From NCBI GenBank assembly GCA_965200875.1, contig OZ241456.1, positions 864,001 through 928,000 on the forward strand: DNA of 64,000 nucleotides. Direction: 5' to 3'. The notes beneath the pieces are model-generated. The model had not been told where the DNA came from, did not search any database, and saw nothing but the letters and a program-made list of their open reading frames with translations. How positions within the stretch are numbered: position 1 is the stretch's first letter; each line of letters starts with the position of its first letter. Made by a program: the position numbers and the translations under genes. The stretch comes from Bdellovibrionales bacterium (lineage in GTDB: Bacteria; Bdellovibrionota; Bdellovibrionia; Bdellovibrionales; UBA1609). Positions 31,486-41,968 of this stretch are shown here, piece after piece.

Positions 31486-32217
31486 ATGAAAGAAAAATTA
31501 CAGGTTTTTCAGTTACCGGTCCTTCAGGATAACTATATTTATATTTTGCGTGACACAGACACACAAAAAACCGCTGTGTTGGATCCTGCCTTGGCCAGAC
31601 CAGTAAATCTTTTTTTAAAAGAAAAAAACTGGAACTTGGATTTTATCCTCAACACTCACCATCATTTTGATCACACGGGAGGAAATCTTCAGTTAAAAAA
31701 TCAGTGGCGGTGTCAGGTGTCAGGATTTTCGGAAGATGCTGACAGGATTCCCGGAATAGATCAACCTTTGCAGGAAGGTGATGATTTTTTCTTGGGTGCG
31801 TCTCCTTCACGGGTTTTATTTTTACCTGGGCATACACTTGGGCATATTGCTTATTGGTTTTTTAAAGATAAAAAAATATTTATTGGAGATACTTTATTTG
31901 CTATGGGTTGTGGAAGGCTTTTTGAAGGAAGCCATCAACAAATGTTTGAAAGCTTGAGTCAGGTAAAAACTCTTCCTTCGGATACACAGGTGTTTTGCAC
32001 CCATGAATATACAGAGAAAAATGGTCAGTTTGCCCTCAGTGTAGATCCTCATAATCAGGATTTAAAAACTCGTATGAAACAAGTGCTGGCAAAACGGCAA
32101 AAAAAAGAGCCTACTGTTCCTTTTTTCTTATTTGAGGAATTAAAAACTAATCCCTTTTTAAGAGCTAATACTTTGGAAGAATTTACACATTTGAGAAAAA
32201 AAAGAGACATTTTTTAA
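31486..32217 (+). CDS. gloB: Hydroxyacylglutathione hydrolase (glyoxalase II)
   Basis: DNYIY, THHHFDHTGG, PGHTLGH, GDTLF..GCGRLFEG, HEYT, NPFLR. Confidence 0.95.
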   Translation: MKEKLQVFQLPVLQDNYIYILRDTDTQKTAVLDPALARPVNLFLKEKNWNLDFILNTHHHFDHTGGNLQLKNQWRCQVSGFSEDADRIPGIDQPLQEGDDFFLGASPSRVLFLPGHTLGHIAYWFFKDKKIFIGDTLFAMGCGRLFEGSHQQMFESLSQVKTLPSDTQVFCTHEYTEKNGQFALSVDPHNQDLKTRMKQVLAKRQKKEPTVPFFLFEELKTNPFLRANTLEEFTHLRKKRDIF

Positions 32218-32232
32218 AATGAGGAGTATTTT

Positions 32233-33165
32233 ATGGACAAATTAAATATGGAACAAATTGAAAAGGATGTTTCCAGACAAAAACCCTTTGTAGGTGGTCT
32301 TATTGACAGAGTGGGAATTGAAGATTTGGAAATACCTGTACAAGTGAGGGAAGGTTCTCAAACTTTACAGTTACAGTCTAAAGTGACGGCAATGGTCTCT
32401 TTGGATAACGCATATATGCGGGGAATTCACATGTCTAGAATTTACCTGACTTTACATGATTTTCTTGGAAAACAAATGCTGGATTTAAAAACAGTAAAAG
32501 TGCTTTTAAACGAGCTGGTGAAGTCGCAAAAAGGAATTTCTAAAAAAGCTTATCTGAAATTTGAATGGCAATGGCCTGTAAAAAGAAAAGCTCTTAAAAC
32601 AGAAACTTTGGAAGGTTGGCGTTATTACCCTGTGTTTTATGAAGGTCGGCTTTTAGAAGATGGCAGAGAGGAGTTGATAATAGGAGCACGGATCACTTAC
32701 AGCTCCACTTGCCCTTGTTCTGCGAGCCTAGCTCGTGCATTGATTCAAAAAAAATTTCAGCAGGATATATCCACTTCTATTGTGGATAGGGAAAAAATAT
32801 TTCAGTGGTTGGGAAAAGAACAATCCATTTCCGCAACCCCTCATGCGCAAAAAAGCTTGGCTGATATAAAATTAAAAGTAAAAGAGGAAAAACAAAATTT
32901 AATTGATCTGATTGATGAAGTGGAAAAAACTCTGGGCACTCCTGTTCAAACGGCAGTCAAAAAAGCAGATGAGCAAGAGTTTGCCAAGCTCAACAGCGAA
33001 AACTTAATGTTTTCTGAAGACGCGGGAAGGAGAGTTAAGAATCTTCTGAATCAGAAATCCTGGATTGAGGATTTTTATGTGCATGTAAAACATTTTGAAA
33101 GTTTACATCCTTTTGAAGTGGCGTGCCATGTTACAAAGGGAATCCCAGGAGGTTTTTCCGCATAA
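32233..33165 (+). CDS. folE2: GTP cyclohydrolase FolE2
   Basis: RGIHMSR, YSSTCPCS, ATPHAQ, FSEDAGR, ESLH. Confidence 0.93.
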   Translation: MDKLNMEQIEKDVSRQKPFVGGLIDRVGIEDLEIPVQVREGSQTLQLQSKVTAMVSLDNAYMRGIHMSRIYLTLHDFLGKQMLDLKTVKVLLNELVKSQKGISKKAYLKFEWQWPVKRKALKTETLEGWRYYPVFYEGRLLEDGREELIIGARITYSSTCPCSASLARALIQKKFQQDISTSIVDREKIFQWLGKEQSISATPHAQKSLADIKLKVKEEKQNLIDLIDEVEKTLGTPVQTAVKKADEQEFAKLNSENLMFSEDAGRRVKNLLNQKSWIEDFYVHVKHFESLHPFEVACHVTKGIPGGFSA

Positions 33166-33188
33166 TTGGAAAAATATGTGTACATAAA

Positions 33189-35837
33189 ATGAATAAGAAA
33201 AGAAAAACGAAAGATGGTATTTATATTTACGGAGCTAGGGAGAATAATCTCAAGTCTATAAACACTTTTATTCCTCGTGATAAAATCACTATCGTAACAG
33301 GATTGAGCGGAAGCGGAAAGTCCTCTCTTGTGTTTGATACAATTTATGCAGAGGGGCAGAGAAGATATGTGGAAAGTCTTTCCTCTTATGCGCGGTTTTT
33401 TATTTCTCAGATGAAAAAACCGGATCTGGATTCCATCACCGGGCTTTCCCCTGCTGTGGCTATTGATCAACGATCCATCAGCACTAGCCCGCGCTCCACT
33501 GTGGGTACAGTAACAGAAGTTTACGATTATTTGCGATTGTTGTTTGCGAAACTTGGTTCTCCCTATTGTGTGGAGCATCAAGAACCTTTGGAAAAAAGTT
33601 CTATCGACCAAATTGTGGAAGAAATAATGAGTTGGCCAAAAGGTGCTCGGTTTTTTGTGTTGGCTCCTGTGGCTCAGGGAAAAAAAGGAGAATTTTTAAA
33701 GGAATTTGATCGCTTTTTGTCAGATGGTTACACCTACGCACGAGTGGATAGAGTATGGGTTGAACTGGCTCAGGCCAAAAGGTTATCCAAAAGAAAAGAA
33801 CACTTTATTGACTTATTGCTGGATCGTCTCATTGTGGATTCTCGCTTTATTCCCCGGTTAAGGGAGAGTCTGCAAAAGTCGGTTGATCTTGCAGGAGGAC
33901 AAATTAAAATTGAATTTATAGATAAGCCGGGGAAAACAAATAATTATTCTGTTTATGCCACTTGTCCAGTTTGTTTTTCTGGTTTTCCTGAAATAGAACC
34001 CAAGTTTTTTAGTTTTAATAATCCCAAAGGAGCTTGTTCTATCTGTAATGGGTTGGGATATTTACCAGAAGAATGGGCTGAAAGAAAAACAGATGAGTTA
34101 ATAAATGGCACTACTGAAGGTATGTTCCCTGAAAGAATGACAGCTAAAGGGAAAATGACAGAAAACAAACCCGGAGATCATATAAATGGAGGAGTGGAGG
34201 AGACAACGGATACAACCTCGGAAAAGCTTTGTCCTAAGTGTAAAGGAGCAAGGTTAAACCCTTCTGCTTTGAGTGTAAAAATCAATGGTAAAAATATTGC
34301 TGAGGTATCTTCTTTTAGTGTGAATCAGCTGACTTCTTTTTGTGATCGCTTAAAGTTTTCTGGTTATCGAAAAATTATCGCGGATAAAATTTTAAATAAA
34401 ATTAAAACAGACTTGAATTTTTTGGAAAAAATTGGCCTTGGGTATTTGAGTTTGGATCGTCCTGTGCGGACTTTATCAGGAGGAGAAGCGCAAAGAATCC
34501 GATTGATGTCTCAAATCTCATCTCCTTTAATAGGTGTGCTTTATGTATTGGATGAACCTAGTATTGGTCTGCACCCTAAAGATCATGATCGTCTTTTAAG
34601 CATTTTATTTCATATCAGGGATCGTGGAAACACTGTTTTAATGGTGGAGCATGATGAGAAAACCATTAGATCTGCTGATCATATTATTGATTTAGGGCCT
34701 TCTGCAGGGATCAAAGGTGGTCGTGTTGTTGCGGAAGGTTCTGTGCAGGATATTGCAGAATCTGAAGATTCAATAACAGGTCATTATTTATCAGGCAGAA
34801 AAACAACATCTCTTCCTTCTAAAAGAAAAGGCAATATGAGGAAAGTATTGGAGATAAAAGGAGCTTTCGGAAATAATTTAAAAAAGATTAATGTGAAAAT
34901 TCCTCTTTCCTGCATGGTGGGGGTTACAGGAGTTTCCGGGAGTGGCAAAAGTACTTTGGTAATGGACACTCTTTATAAAGCACTTTTAAAGAGCTTGAAT
35001 CGCTGTTCTTTTTCCTCTCCTCTTCCGTATCAGGAAATAAAAGGTTTGGAGTTTTTGGACAGAGTGGTGGCCGTGGATCAAAAACCTATTGGTCGCACAC
35101 CTCGCTCCGTACCAGCTACTTATATAGGAGTTATGTCTCCTATTCGCTCTTTACTGGCTCAAACCCCATCTGCTCGTACACGAGGGTACACACCAGGTGA
35201 CTTTAGTTTCAACATTAAAGGAGGACGCTGTGAAAATTGCTCTGGTGCTGGGCAAATTAAGCAAGAAATGTTGTTTTTGCCTTCCGCTGTTTTACCTTGT
35301 GATATATGTCAGGGGCGACGCTATTCAGAAGAAATATTGAGTGTGTTATACAAAAGTAAAAACATATCTGATATTTTAAACATGAATATTTCCACTGCGA
35401 AAAAGTTTTTTCTACATCATACTTTAATTCGACATCAGCTGGAGCTACTGGAGAAAGTGGGATTGGGATATTTAACTTTGGGGCAAAACTCCATGACTCT
35501 TTCGGGTGGGGAAGCTCAAAGAGTGAAATTGACTCGGGAGTTGGCAAAAAGAAATACAGGTCAAACACTTTATATTTTGGATGAACCTACTACTGGTTTG
35601 CATCTTCAGGATATTGAGCAACTGGTGTTTGTGTTAAAGAAATTAACGGACAAAGGAAGTACTGTGATTGTGATAGAACATCAAATGGATGTCATTAAAT
35701 CCTGTGATTATCTGATTGACTTAGGACCTGGTGGAGGAAAACATGGAGGAAAAGTAGTGGCTGAAGGCACACCGGAGAAAGTGGCCAAGTCATCAAAAAG
35801 TGTGACAGCACCTTTTCTTAAGCAGTCGCTTTCATAA
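33189..35837 (+). CDS. uvrA: Excinuclease ABC subunit A
   Basis: GARENNLK, GLSGSGKSS, LSGGEAQR twice, GVSGSGKST; likely start MNKKRK. Confidence 0.95.
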   Translation: MNKKRKTKDGIYIYGARENNLKSINTFIPRDKITIVTGLSGSGKSSLVFDTIYAEGQRRYVESLSSYARFFISQMKKPDLDSITGLSPAVAIDQRSISTSPRSTVGTVTEVYDYLRLLFAKLGSPYCVEHQEPLEKSSIDQIVEEIMSWPKGARFFVLAPVAQGKKGEFLKEFDRFLSDGYTYARVDRVWVELAQAKRLSKRKEHFIDLLLDRLIVDSRFIPRLRESLQKSVDLAGGQIKIEFIDKPGKTNNYSVYATCPVCFSGFPEIEPKFFSFNNPKGACSICNGLGYLPEEWAERKTDELINGTTEGMFPERMTAKGKMTENKPGDHINGGVEETTDTTSEKLCPKCKGARLNPSALSVKINGKNIAEVSSFSVNQLTSFCDRLKFSGYRKIIADKILNKIKTDLNFLEKIGLGYLSLDRPVRTLSGGEAQRIRLMSQISSPLIGVLYVLDEPSIGLHPKDHDRLLSILFHIRDRGNTVLMVEHDEKTIRSADHIIDLGPSAGIKGGRVVAEGSVQDIAESEDSITGHYLSGRKTTSLPSKRKGNMRKVLEIKGAFGNNLKKINVKIPLSCMVGVTGVSGSGKSTLVMDTLYKALLKSLNRCSFSSPLPYQEIKGLEFLDRVVAVDQKPIGRTPRSVPATYIGVMSPIRSLLAQTPSARTRGYTPGDFSFNIKGGRCENCSGAGQIKQEMLFLPSAVLPCDICQGRRYSEEILSVLYKSKNISDILNMNISTAKKFFLHHTLIRHQLELLEKVGLGYLTLGQNSMTLSGGEAQRVKLTRELAKRNTGQTLYILDEPTTGLHLQDIEQLVFVLKKLTDKGSTVIVIEHQMDVIKSCDYLIDLGPGGGKHGGKVVAEGTPEKVAKSSKSVTAPFLKQSLS

Positions 35838-35875
35838 TCGTTTATAAGAAACTTGTTTTCCACATAGAGTCACTG

Positions 35876-36559
35876 TCAAATAAGATGGAATACATCGGTT
35901 TTGAGCATGGTCATCATCAAAGCCTTAAAACGATGAGAGAATCGATTTTTATATTTCATTCCCAGTTCTGCAAAACTTTTTGTCTCTCCCTTGGGAATAA
36001 ATATTGGATCGTAACCAAAGCCTGCTTTGCCGGTTGGAGTGAAAGAAATAGAACCTTTCACCAAGCCTTCTGCGGAATATTCCTTTCCATTTGGGGATAA
36101 AGCGACAATATGAGAAACAAAAAAAGCGGTTCTGCTCCTATCAGATAAATGTTTCATATTTTTTAAAAGTAAATGTAAATTATCTTCATCCGTGGCTTTT
36201 GTGCCTGCGTAGCGGGCGGAATAAATGCCAGGAAAGTTATCTAAGGCAGGAACTTCTAGACCACTATCTTCTCCTAAAATCCATTCTTTGGGTTTTAGGT
36301 TTTTCAGTGCAAAGGCTTTAATGCGAGCATTCTCTTTAAACGAGCTTCCTGTTTCTTTCGGGACTTTGTAATTTTGAATATCTTTTAAAGCATAAAGCTG
36401 AAAATTTGTTGCAGAGATTTTTTTTAAAAACTTTATATCTGGGTTTTTAATATGTGAAGAGAAATATTTTGAAAAATTATTCCCTTTCATTAAAAGCTTA
36501 AATTCTTTTACCTTGCTTGTATTACTTGTGGCAATCCATAAATTTATGATTTTATTCAT
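35876..36559 (-). CDS. rdgB: dITP/XTP pyrophosphatase
   Basis: ATSNTSK, EDSGL, PGIYSARY, GFGYDP, SHR. Confidence 0.95.
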   Translation of the reverse strand: MNKIINLWIATSNTSKVKEFKLLMKGNNFSKYFSSHIKNPDIKFLKKISATNFQLYALKDIQNYKVPKETGSSFKENARIKAFALKNLKPKEWILGEDSGLEVPALDNFPGIYSARYAGTKATDEDNLHLLLKNMKHLSDRSRTAFFVSHIVALSPNGKEYSAEGLVKGSISFTPTGKAGFGYDPIFIPKGETKSFAELGMKYKNRFSHRFKALMMTMLKTDVFHLI

Positions 36560-36586
36560 TAAATATCCTATCTGTATTTTTTTGAT

Positions 36587-37312
36587 TTATGAAGAAGAAA
36601 AAAAAGAACCTATTATTTTTTTCTGTTCTTTAAACAACTTTTGACAGGCAGACCAAGCCATGTCTAGCGCGCAATCCAGCTGTTTACGAGTGAAAGTTTT
36701 ATTTTCTGCTGTCCCCTGAACTTCTATCATCTGCCCATTGGAAGCAAATATAATATTCATATCCGCTTGCGCTTTTTGATCCTCTTCAAAGCACATATCC
36801 AATAAAATTTCATTTTTCAGTATTCCCAAACTGATGGCAGAAACATAACAGGTGAGGGGAATATGCTCTATCAGGACTTCATCTTTTAGAGATTTCAGGG
36901 CGAGAGCCAGTGCCACAAAACCACCTGTAATGGAGGCTGTGCGAGTTCCTCCGTCAGCCTGGATAACATCACAGTCTATGTGAATTAGCCTTTCCCCCAG
37001 CGTTTTTAAATTTACAGCGACTCTGAGGCTTCTGCCTATTAGTCGGGAAATTTCCTGCGAACGCCCACCAGAAGAGATTTGATTCCGTTTCATTCTATTG
37101 TTGGTGGAGCGAGGAAGCATTCCGTATTCAGCTGTCACCCAGCCTGTTTCTGGAGTGCGAATCCACTTGGGAACAGACATATCCACGGAAGCGGAGCATA
37201 TAACACGGGTGTTTCCCATAGTAATTTCCGCACTTCCTTCCGCATATTTTAAAACATTTGGAGTAATAGTAATATTTCTTAACTGGTTTGCGGTTCTTTT
37301 GTCTGGTCTCAA
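36587..37312 (-). CDS. rph: Ribonuclease PH
   Basis: GWVTAEYGMLPRST, EISRLIGRSLR, DCDVIQADGGTRTASITG. Confidence 0.97.
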   Translation of the reverse strand: MRPDKRTANQLRNITITPNVLKYAEGSAEITMGNTRVICSASVDMSVPKWIRTPETGWVTAEYGMLPRSTNNRMKRNQISSGGRSQEISRLIGRSLRVAVNLKTLGERLIHIDCDVIQADGGTRTASITGGFVALALALKSLKDEVLIEHIPLTCYVSAISLGILKNEILLDMCFEEDQKAQADMNIIFASNGQMIEVQGTAENKTFTRKQLDCALDMAWSACQKLFKEQKKIIGSFFSSS

Positions 37313-38496
37313 GGTTTTGTATCCTTTTGTTTAAAGTTTTCTAGGTTTTTAAAATCCGACTCTTTCGGATTGTTTTCCAGATGAATAGTTTGTGTGGGAA
37401 AGGCAAATTTGACTTTTAATTCTTTTGCCAATTTAAGCACAGCCATAAAAATACTTTGTTTTGCCTTGAGTTCACTTTCCCAGTCATTTACCAATAAAAA
37501 AAAGTTCATAATGATTTTTAAATCAGAAGCTCCAAATTCCGTAAAATACACTTGAAAGTAATCTCTTTTTACAGCTTTGTGGCTTATCAAAATATCTTTT
37601 ATACCAGTGATAAAGCTTTCTATTTGTCCCGGAGGAGTGTTGTATTGAATACCAAGATAAACTCTTGTTCTTCTGGCTTTTCTTTTTCCCATGTTGTCAA
37701 TATTGGCAGAAGTCAAAGCGGAGTTGGGCACGGTAATAATGGAGTCATAAAAAGTTTTTAACTTGGCAGATCGAAAGCCTACTTCCATAACCGTACCTTC
37801 CAAATCCTTAACACAGATCCAGTCACCGACAGAAAAAGGTTTGTCCAGCATAATGTTGATATAGGCCAAAATATTGGCTGCAGAATCTTTGGCTGCCAGA
37901 GCTATAGCTATTCCTCCCAATCCCAGTCCTGCCAGAAGGGAAATGACATTAACGCCCAAACTTTGCAAAACCAACAGACTGCCGAAACACAGAACCACAA
38001 TTTTTATAAAACGATTTATAAAAGGCAGAAAATGATTTTTTAAGTTGGAGTCCTTGTCTTCTTTAAAAAGTTTTTTCATTAAAAAAGCCACAAATTCATC
38101 CACTAAATTATAACTGATCCATACCAACCCAGAACCAATAAGCATTTTAATTAAAATTTTTATACCTCCAATAAGAGGCTTGGATAAAAAGAGGGGAATG
38201 CCCCCCAAGGATTTCCAAAGCGGAGGCATAAAGTTGAGAATCAAAAGCCAAATTAAGGCTATGCTCATCATGCCAATGGGTTTTTCTATTTGTGGAGCAA
38301 TGTGGGTTCGGAAAAAAGGGTATTTATTGGTGGATTTTTGAATGATCTTTCGCGCTATATAGCCAAGTGGTTTCCCCAAAAACAAGGCTGTGAGAAATAT
38401 AAAAAGAGTTATGGCGAGAGTGAGACTCAAATTGCCTCCCCAAGGAATTTTTTCCAATAAAAAATCAAGCCACTTTGTATTCATACTTAACACCAT
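37309..38496 (-). CDS. MscS-family mechanosensitive channel
   Basis: LLAGLGLGGIAIALAAKD, DKPFSVGDWI, FAFPTQT. Confidence 0.93.
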   Translation of the reverse strand: MVLSMNTKWLDFLLEKIPWGGNLSLTLAITLFIFLTALFLGKPLGYIARKIIQKSTNKYPFFRTHIAPQIEKPIGMMSIALIWLLILNFMPPLWKSLGGIPLFLSKPLIGGIKILIKMLIGSGLVWISYNLVDEFVAFLMKKLFKEDKDSNLKNHFLPFINRFIKIVVLCFGSLLVLQSLGVNVISLLAGLGLGGIAIALAAKDSAANILAYINIMLDKPFSVGDWICVKDLEGTVMEVGFRSAKLKTFYDSIITVPNSALTSANIDNMGKRKARRTRVYLGIQYNTPPGQIESFITGIKDILISHKAVKRDYFQVYFTEFGASDLKIIMNFFLLVNDWESELKAKQSIFMAVLKLAKELKVKFAFPTQTIHLENNPKESDFKNLENFKQKDTKP

Positions 38497-38567
38497 TGGT
38501 TTTTATTCATACCTAGTTGTTCGTGAAAAGAGTTATGTGTTGCAAGGCATTTATGTTGCAAGGCACT

Positions 38568-39518
38568 TCAGATAAAAGCCTTTTCCTTCATCCAGCTTTC
38601 ATTTAAAAATTTACTCATATAATTTCTGATACCATCTGGAAGAATAATAACGCAGTTTTGATTTTTATTCAGGCGTGGAGCGGTCTTGAAAAGAGCTGAA
38701 ATAACGGCTCCACTGGACCCTCCCGCTAAAATACCTTCTTCCCGAATGAGTTTTAGCACATTACAAAAAGATTCTTTATCTTTTGTTTTTATCCATTCTG
38801 TGACATGAGATCGATCCAAAACATGAGGAATAAAATCATAACCAATTCCCTCCACTTCATAAGTTTGGACAGGTCCTTCCCCTGCTAAAATGGAACCTAC
38901 AGGATCCACACCTATTATTTTACAATCAGGACATATTTCTTTTATTTTTTTTGAAAGGCCCGTCAGAGTGCCTCCTGTGCCTGCACTGGCTATCACCATA
39001 TCCACTTGTTGATTGAGATCGTTTAGAATCTCCACAGCTGTCCCTTCATAGTGGGCAGAAACATTATGAGGGTTTGCGTATTGATCCAACATAAAAGCCC
39101 GTGGAAGTTCTTTTACAAGCTGGCGGGCTAGGCTAATGTGGCTTTCTTCATGATCGTAGGCCACTTCTGTGGGAGTTCTTCGAATTTCCGCCCCCAGTGC
39201 TTTGAGAGTGGTTTCTTTTTCATGGCTCATTTTCTCTGGCATGATGATTATTACTTTGTATCCTAAAACAGCCCCGGCCAAAGCAATTCCTATACCGGTA
39301 TTGCCACTGGTAGGTTCAATGAGAGTGTCACCTTTTTGGATCAAGCCGTCTTTTTCTGCCTGAATAATCATATTATAAGCTATTCGATCTTTAACAGAAC
39401 CACCTGGGTTAAAAAATTCGCATTTGGCGTAAACTGTGCAATCTAAATGGGCACTAATTTTGTTAAGGCGCACCAAAGGAGTTTTGCCAATGGTCTCCAA
39501 AATGTTGTTGTAAAGCAT
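38568..39518 (-). CDS. Cystathionine beta-synthase / cysteine synthase family PLP enzyme
   Basis: AKCEFFNPGGSVKDR, EPTSGNTG, GTGGT, VEGIGYDFIP. Confidence 0.93.
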   Translation of the reverse strand: MLYNNILETIGKTPLVRLNKISAHLDCTVYAKCEFFNPGGSVKDRIAYNMIIQAEKDGLIQKGDTLIEPTSGNTGIGIALAGAVLGYKVIIIMPEKMSHEKETTLKALGAEIRRTPTEVAYDHEESHISLARQLVKELPRAFMLDQYANPHNVSAHYEGTAVEILNDLNQQVDMVIASAGTGGTLTGLSKKIKEICPDCKIIGVDPVGSILAGEGPVQTYEVEGIGYDFIPHVLDRSHVTEWIKTKDKESFCNVLKLIREEGILAGGSSGAVISALFKTAPRLNKNQNCVIILPDGIRNYMSKFLNESWMKEKAFI

Positions 39519-39727
39519 AAGAAACTTTAACCTTGGCTTATCTTGTTGTTCAAGTATTTTTTTATTTTTGATTTATCATTTTTTCGATTTTCACTGTCAA
39601 ATCCGTGGTGTTCTGTCTTTGGCCAAATGGATATGTATATTTTCTGATTTTATCGGTTGACTTTCAAGTGAAAGGCTTTCCAATATTGTTTTGATTTTTA
39701 TCGCCAAGTGTTGTTAGTTTTGTAATT

Positions 39728-39955
39728 ATGACTTGTAGTTTAAAAGATTTGCCTAAAAAAGTGAGCGCGAGGGTCATTGATTTACAAGGTGAATCAACTC
39801 AATATCTTATGGATATGGGAATCCGAAACAATATCATTATTAAAATTATTGAAAAACTGTTTTTTGGCAGTAATTACATTATCGAAGTTGGAAATGAACA
39901 GTTAGTTTTGAGAAAAAAAGAAGCTCAATGTTTAATAGTCACCACTTCGATTTAA
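39728..39955 (+). CDS. feoA: Ferrous iron transport protein A
   Basis: LMDMGI..LRKKEA, directly upstream of feoB. Confidence 0.85.
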   Translation: MTCSLKDLPKKVSARVIDLQGESTQYLMDMGIRNNIIIKIIEKLFFGSNYIIEVGNEQLVLRKKEAQCLIVTTSI

Positions 39956-39970
39956 TGAAAATACGATTCC

Positions 39971-41845
39971 ATGTTTAAAAGTGATTATCTTATTCTCATC
40001 GGACCGCCTAATAGTGGAAAAACCACTCTTTTTAATTGGATTACAGGTTATAAAAGGCAGACAGTCAATTATCCTGGTTCCACAGTAGACCTTTCTTTTG
40101 GTTGTATTCGCCAAAAACACGGAGCTTGTACATGGAAAATAGTGGATACTCCCGGTATATACAGTTTTTTGTCTTCATCCCCGGAAGGAGAGGTAACAAA
40201 AAATATTTTGAAAGATTCCATTAAAAACCAAGAATTGCAGGGTGTGATTTTGGTATTGGATGCCACTCGTTTGGAACGACAACTACCTTTTGCCTTTCAC
40301 CTGCGGGAAACAGGTTTGCCTGTTATTCTAGCTTTAAGTATGTATGATATTCAAAAAAAAGAATCAGAATTAGATATTTCTTTATTATCACAAAAGCTGG
40401 ATATGCCCGTATATCCCATTGAGGGTTTGTTGGGTGGAGGAGTAACAGAGCTATTGAACAGGGCTTTTACTCAATTTAAAAACAAGCCTCTGTCCTCTAT
40501 ATTCTCGTCTTCCTGGTCTGAAAAGCAACAGGAAAGTTACTTGAAAAAGGCGAAGAAAACAGTATCAGCTGTTTCTTTGAAGAAAAGTAAATCACAAATA
40601 GGCAAAAAAACGCAATGGCTGGATTCTTGGTTTTTGCACCCCATAGTGGGGTTTGGTCTTCTGTCTTTGATTCTTTTTATGTTTTTTTCCAGCATTTTCT
40701 GGCTGGCTCAACCCCTGATGGATTTAATAGACAGCGGTTTTAGCTGGGGAGTGGAAAGTCTTTTACAATGGGGGGGGGATAATTTCCTTATGAACTTTTT
40801 GGCCAATGGAGTTTTAACCAGTTTTGGAGCTTTTATGGTTTTTATTCCGCAGGTTTTTATTTTGTTTGTGGGTATTTATCTCCTAGAGGATAGCGGATAT
40901 TTGGCTCGAGCGGTAACCTTGGTGGATGGACCTTTCTCCCGTATTGGTTTAAGTGGAAGGTCTCTTTTTCCTTTTTTATCAGGTTTTGCCTGTGCCATTC
41001 CGGCCACATTGGCCACTCGATCCATTTCCTCTAAGCGGGAACGTTGGATTACTATTTTCGCGCTTCCATTTATGACTTGCTCTGCTCGTTTACCGGTTTA
41101 CGCGCTGTTGCTCAGTTTTTTGTTTTATGATGAATCTGCATGGAAACCAGGTTTGGTAATGTCTGTTATTTACTTTTTGTCTTTATTGCTGGGTATTTTA
41201 TCATCTGGGTTGCTGAATCTTTTTCTAAAAAAAGATAACCCCTCTTCTTTTTTTATGGAGTTACCTCTTTATCGCCGTCCGGTTTTATCCAATGTTTTGT
41301 TTTCCTCTTGGTCGCGCACAAGGCATTTTATTAGGAAAGCCGGACCGGTTATTTTTACTTTTGCTTTAATTATGTGGGTGGCAACGCATTTTCCACGCCA
41401 CCTTGAGCTAAAACCGGAGGAGCAGATTCAAAAAAGTTATGCCGGTCAATTTGGGCAGATGATTGAGCCGGTTTTTGAAAAAATGGGAGGAGACTGGAGA
41501 GTGGGGGTGAGTTTGTTATCTGCCTTCGTGGCCAGAGAGGTTTTTGTTTCCGTGTTGGCGGTGAGTTTGAAAAACACACAAGCAACAACAGAGATGGAAG
41601 ATTCTGCTGAAGTTTCTTTGGTGCAAACCATGAAAAGAACCAAGCTTTCTGATGGAAAACCTTTGTTTTCCAGAGCAAGCATATTGGCTCTGTTAGTGTT
41701 TTTTATGTTTTCTCTTCAGTGTCTTTCTACAACCGGAGTGGTGTATAAGGAAACAGGGTCTTGGAAATTTGCCGGTGCTCAGCTTATAAGTCTTAACCTG
41801 TTGGCTTATGTTGGAGCTGTATTGACTTACAATATATATTCCTGA
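39971..41845 (+). CDS. feoB: Ferrous iron transport protein B
   Basis: GPPNSGKT, VNYPGSTV, DTPG, LEDSGYLAR, PFMTCSARLPVY. Confidence 0.96.
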   Translation: MFKSDYLILIGPPNSGKTTLFNWITGYKRQTVNYPGSTVDLSFGCIRQKHGACTWKIVDTPGIYSFLSSSPEGEVTKNILKDSIKNQELQGVILVLDATRLERQLPFAFHLRETGLPVILALSMYDIQKKESELDISLLSQKLDMPVYPIEGLLGGGVTELLNRAFTQFKNKPLSSIFSSSWSEKQQESYLKKAKKTVSAVSLKKSKSQIGKKTQWLDSWFLHPIVGFGLLSLILFMFFSSIFWLAQPLMDLIDSGFSWGVESLLQWGGDNFLMNFLANGVLTSFGAFMVFIPQVFILFVGIYLLEDSGYLARAVTLVDGPFSRIGLSGRSLFPFLSGFACAIPATLATRSISSKRERWITIFALPFMTCSARLPVYALLLSFLFYDESAWKPGLVMSVIYFLSLLLGILSSGLLNLFLKKDNPSSFFMELPLYRRPVLSNVLFSSWSRTRHFIRKAGPVIFTFALIMWVATHFPRHLELKPEEQIQKSYAGQFGQMIEPVFEKMGGDWRVGVSLLSAFVAREVFVSVLAVSLKNTQATTEMEDSAEVSLVQTMKRTKLSDGKPLFSRASILALLVFFMFSLQCLSTTGVVYKETGSWKFAGAQLISLNLLAYVGAVLTYNIYS

Positions 41846-41865
41846 TTTTTTAAAACAAAGCTAAC

Positions 41866-41899
41866 GAAAAAGCCCGACAGGATATGAACCGGGCTTTTC
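41866..41899. terminator. Bidirectional intrinsic terminator between feoB and the LRR lipoprotein gene
   Basis: AAAAAGCCCG...CGGGCTTTTC stem with A/T tails; related to 48884-48920. Confidence 0.65.
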
Positions 41900-41968
41900 A
41901 CAACAACAGGAATTATGAGAATTAAACAAGTTTTTTAAGGATTATCAGGAATACCAAGAGTTACATCG

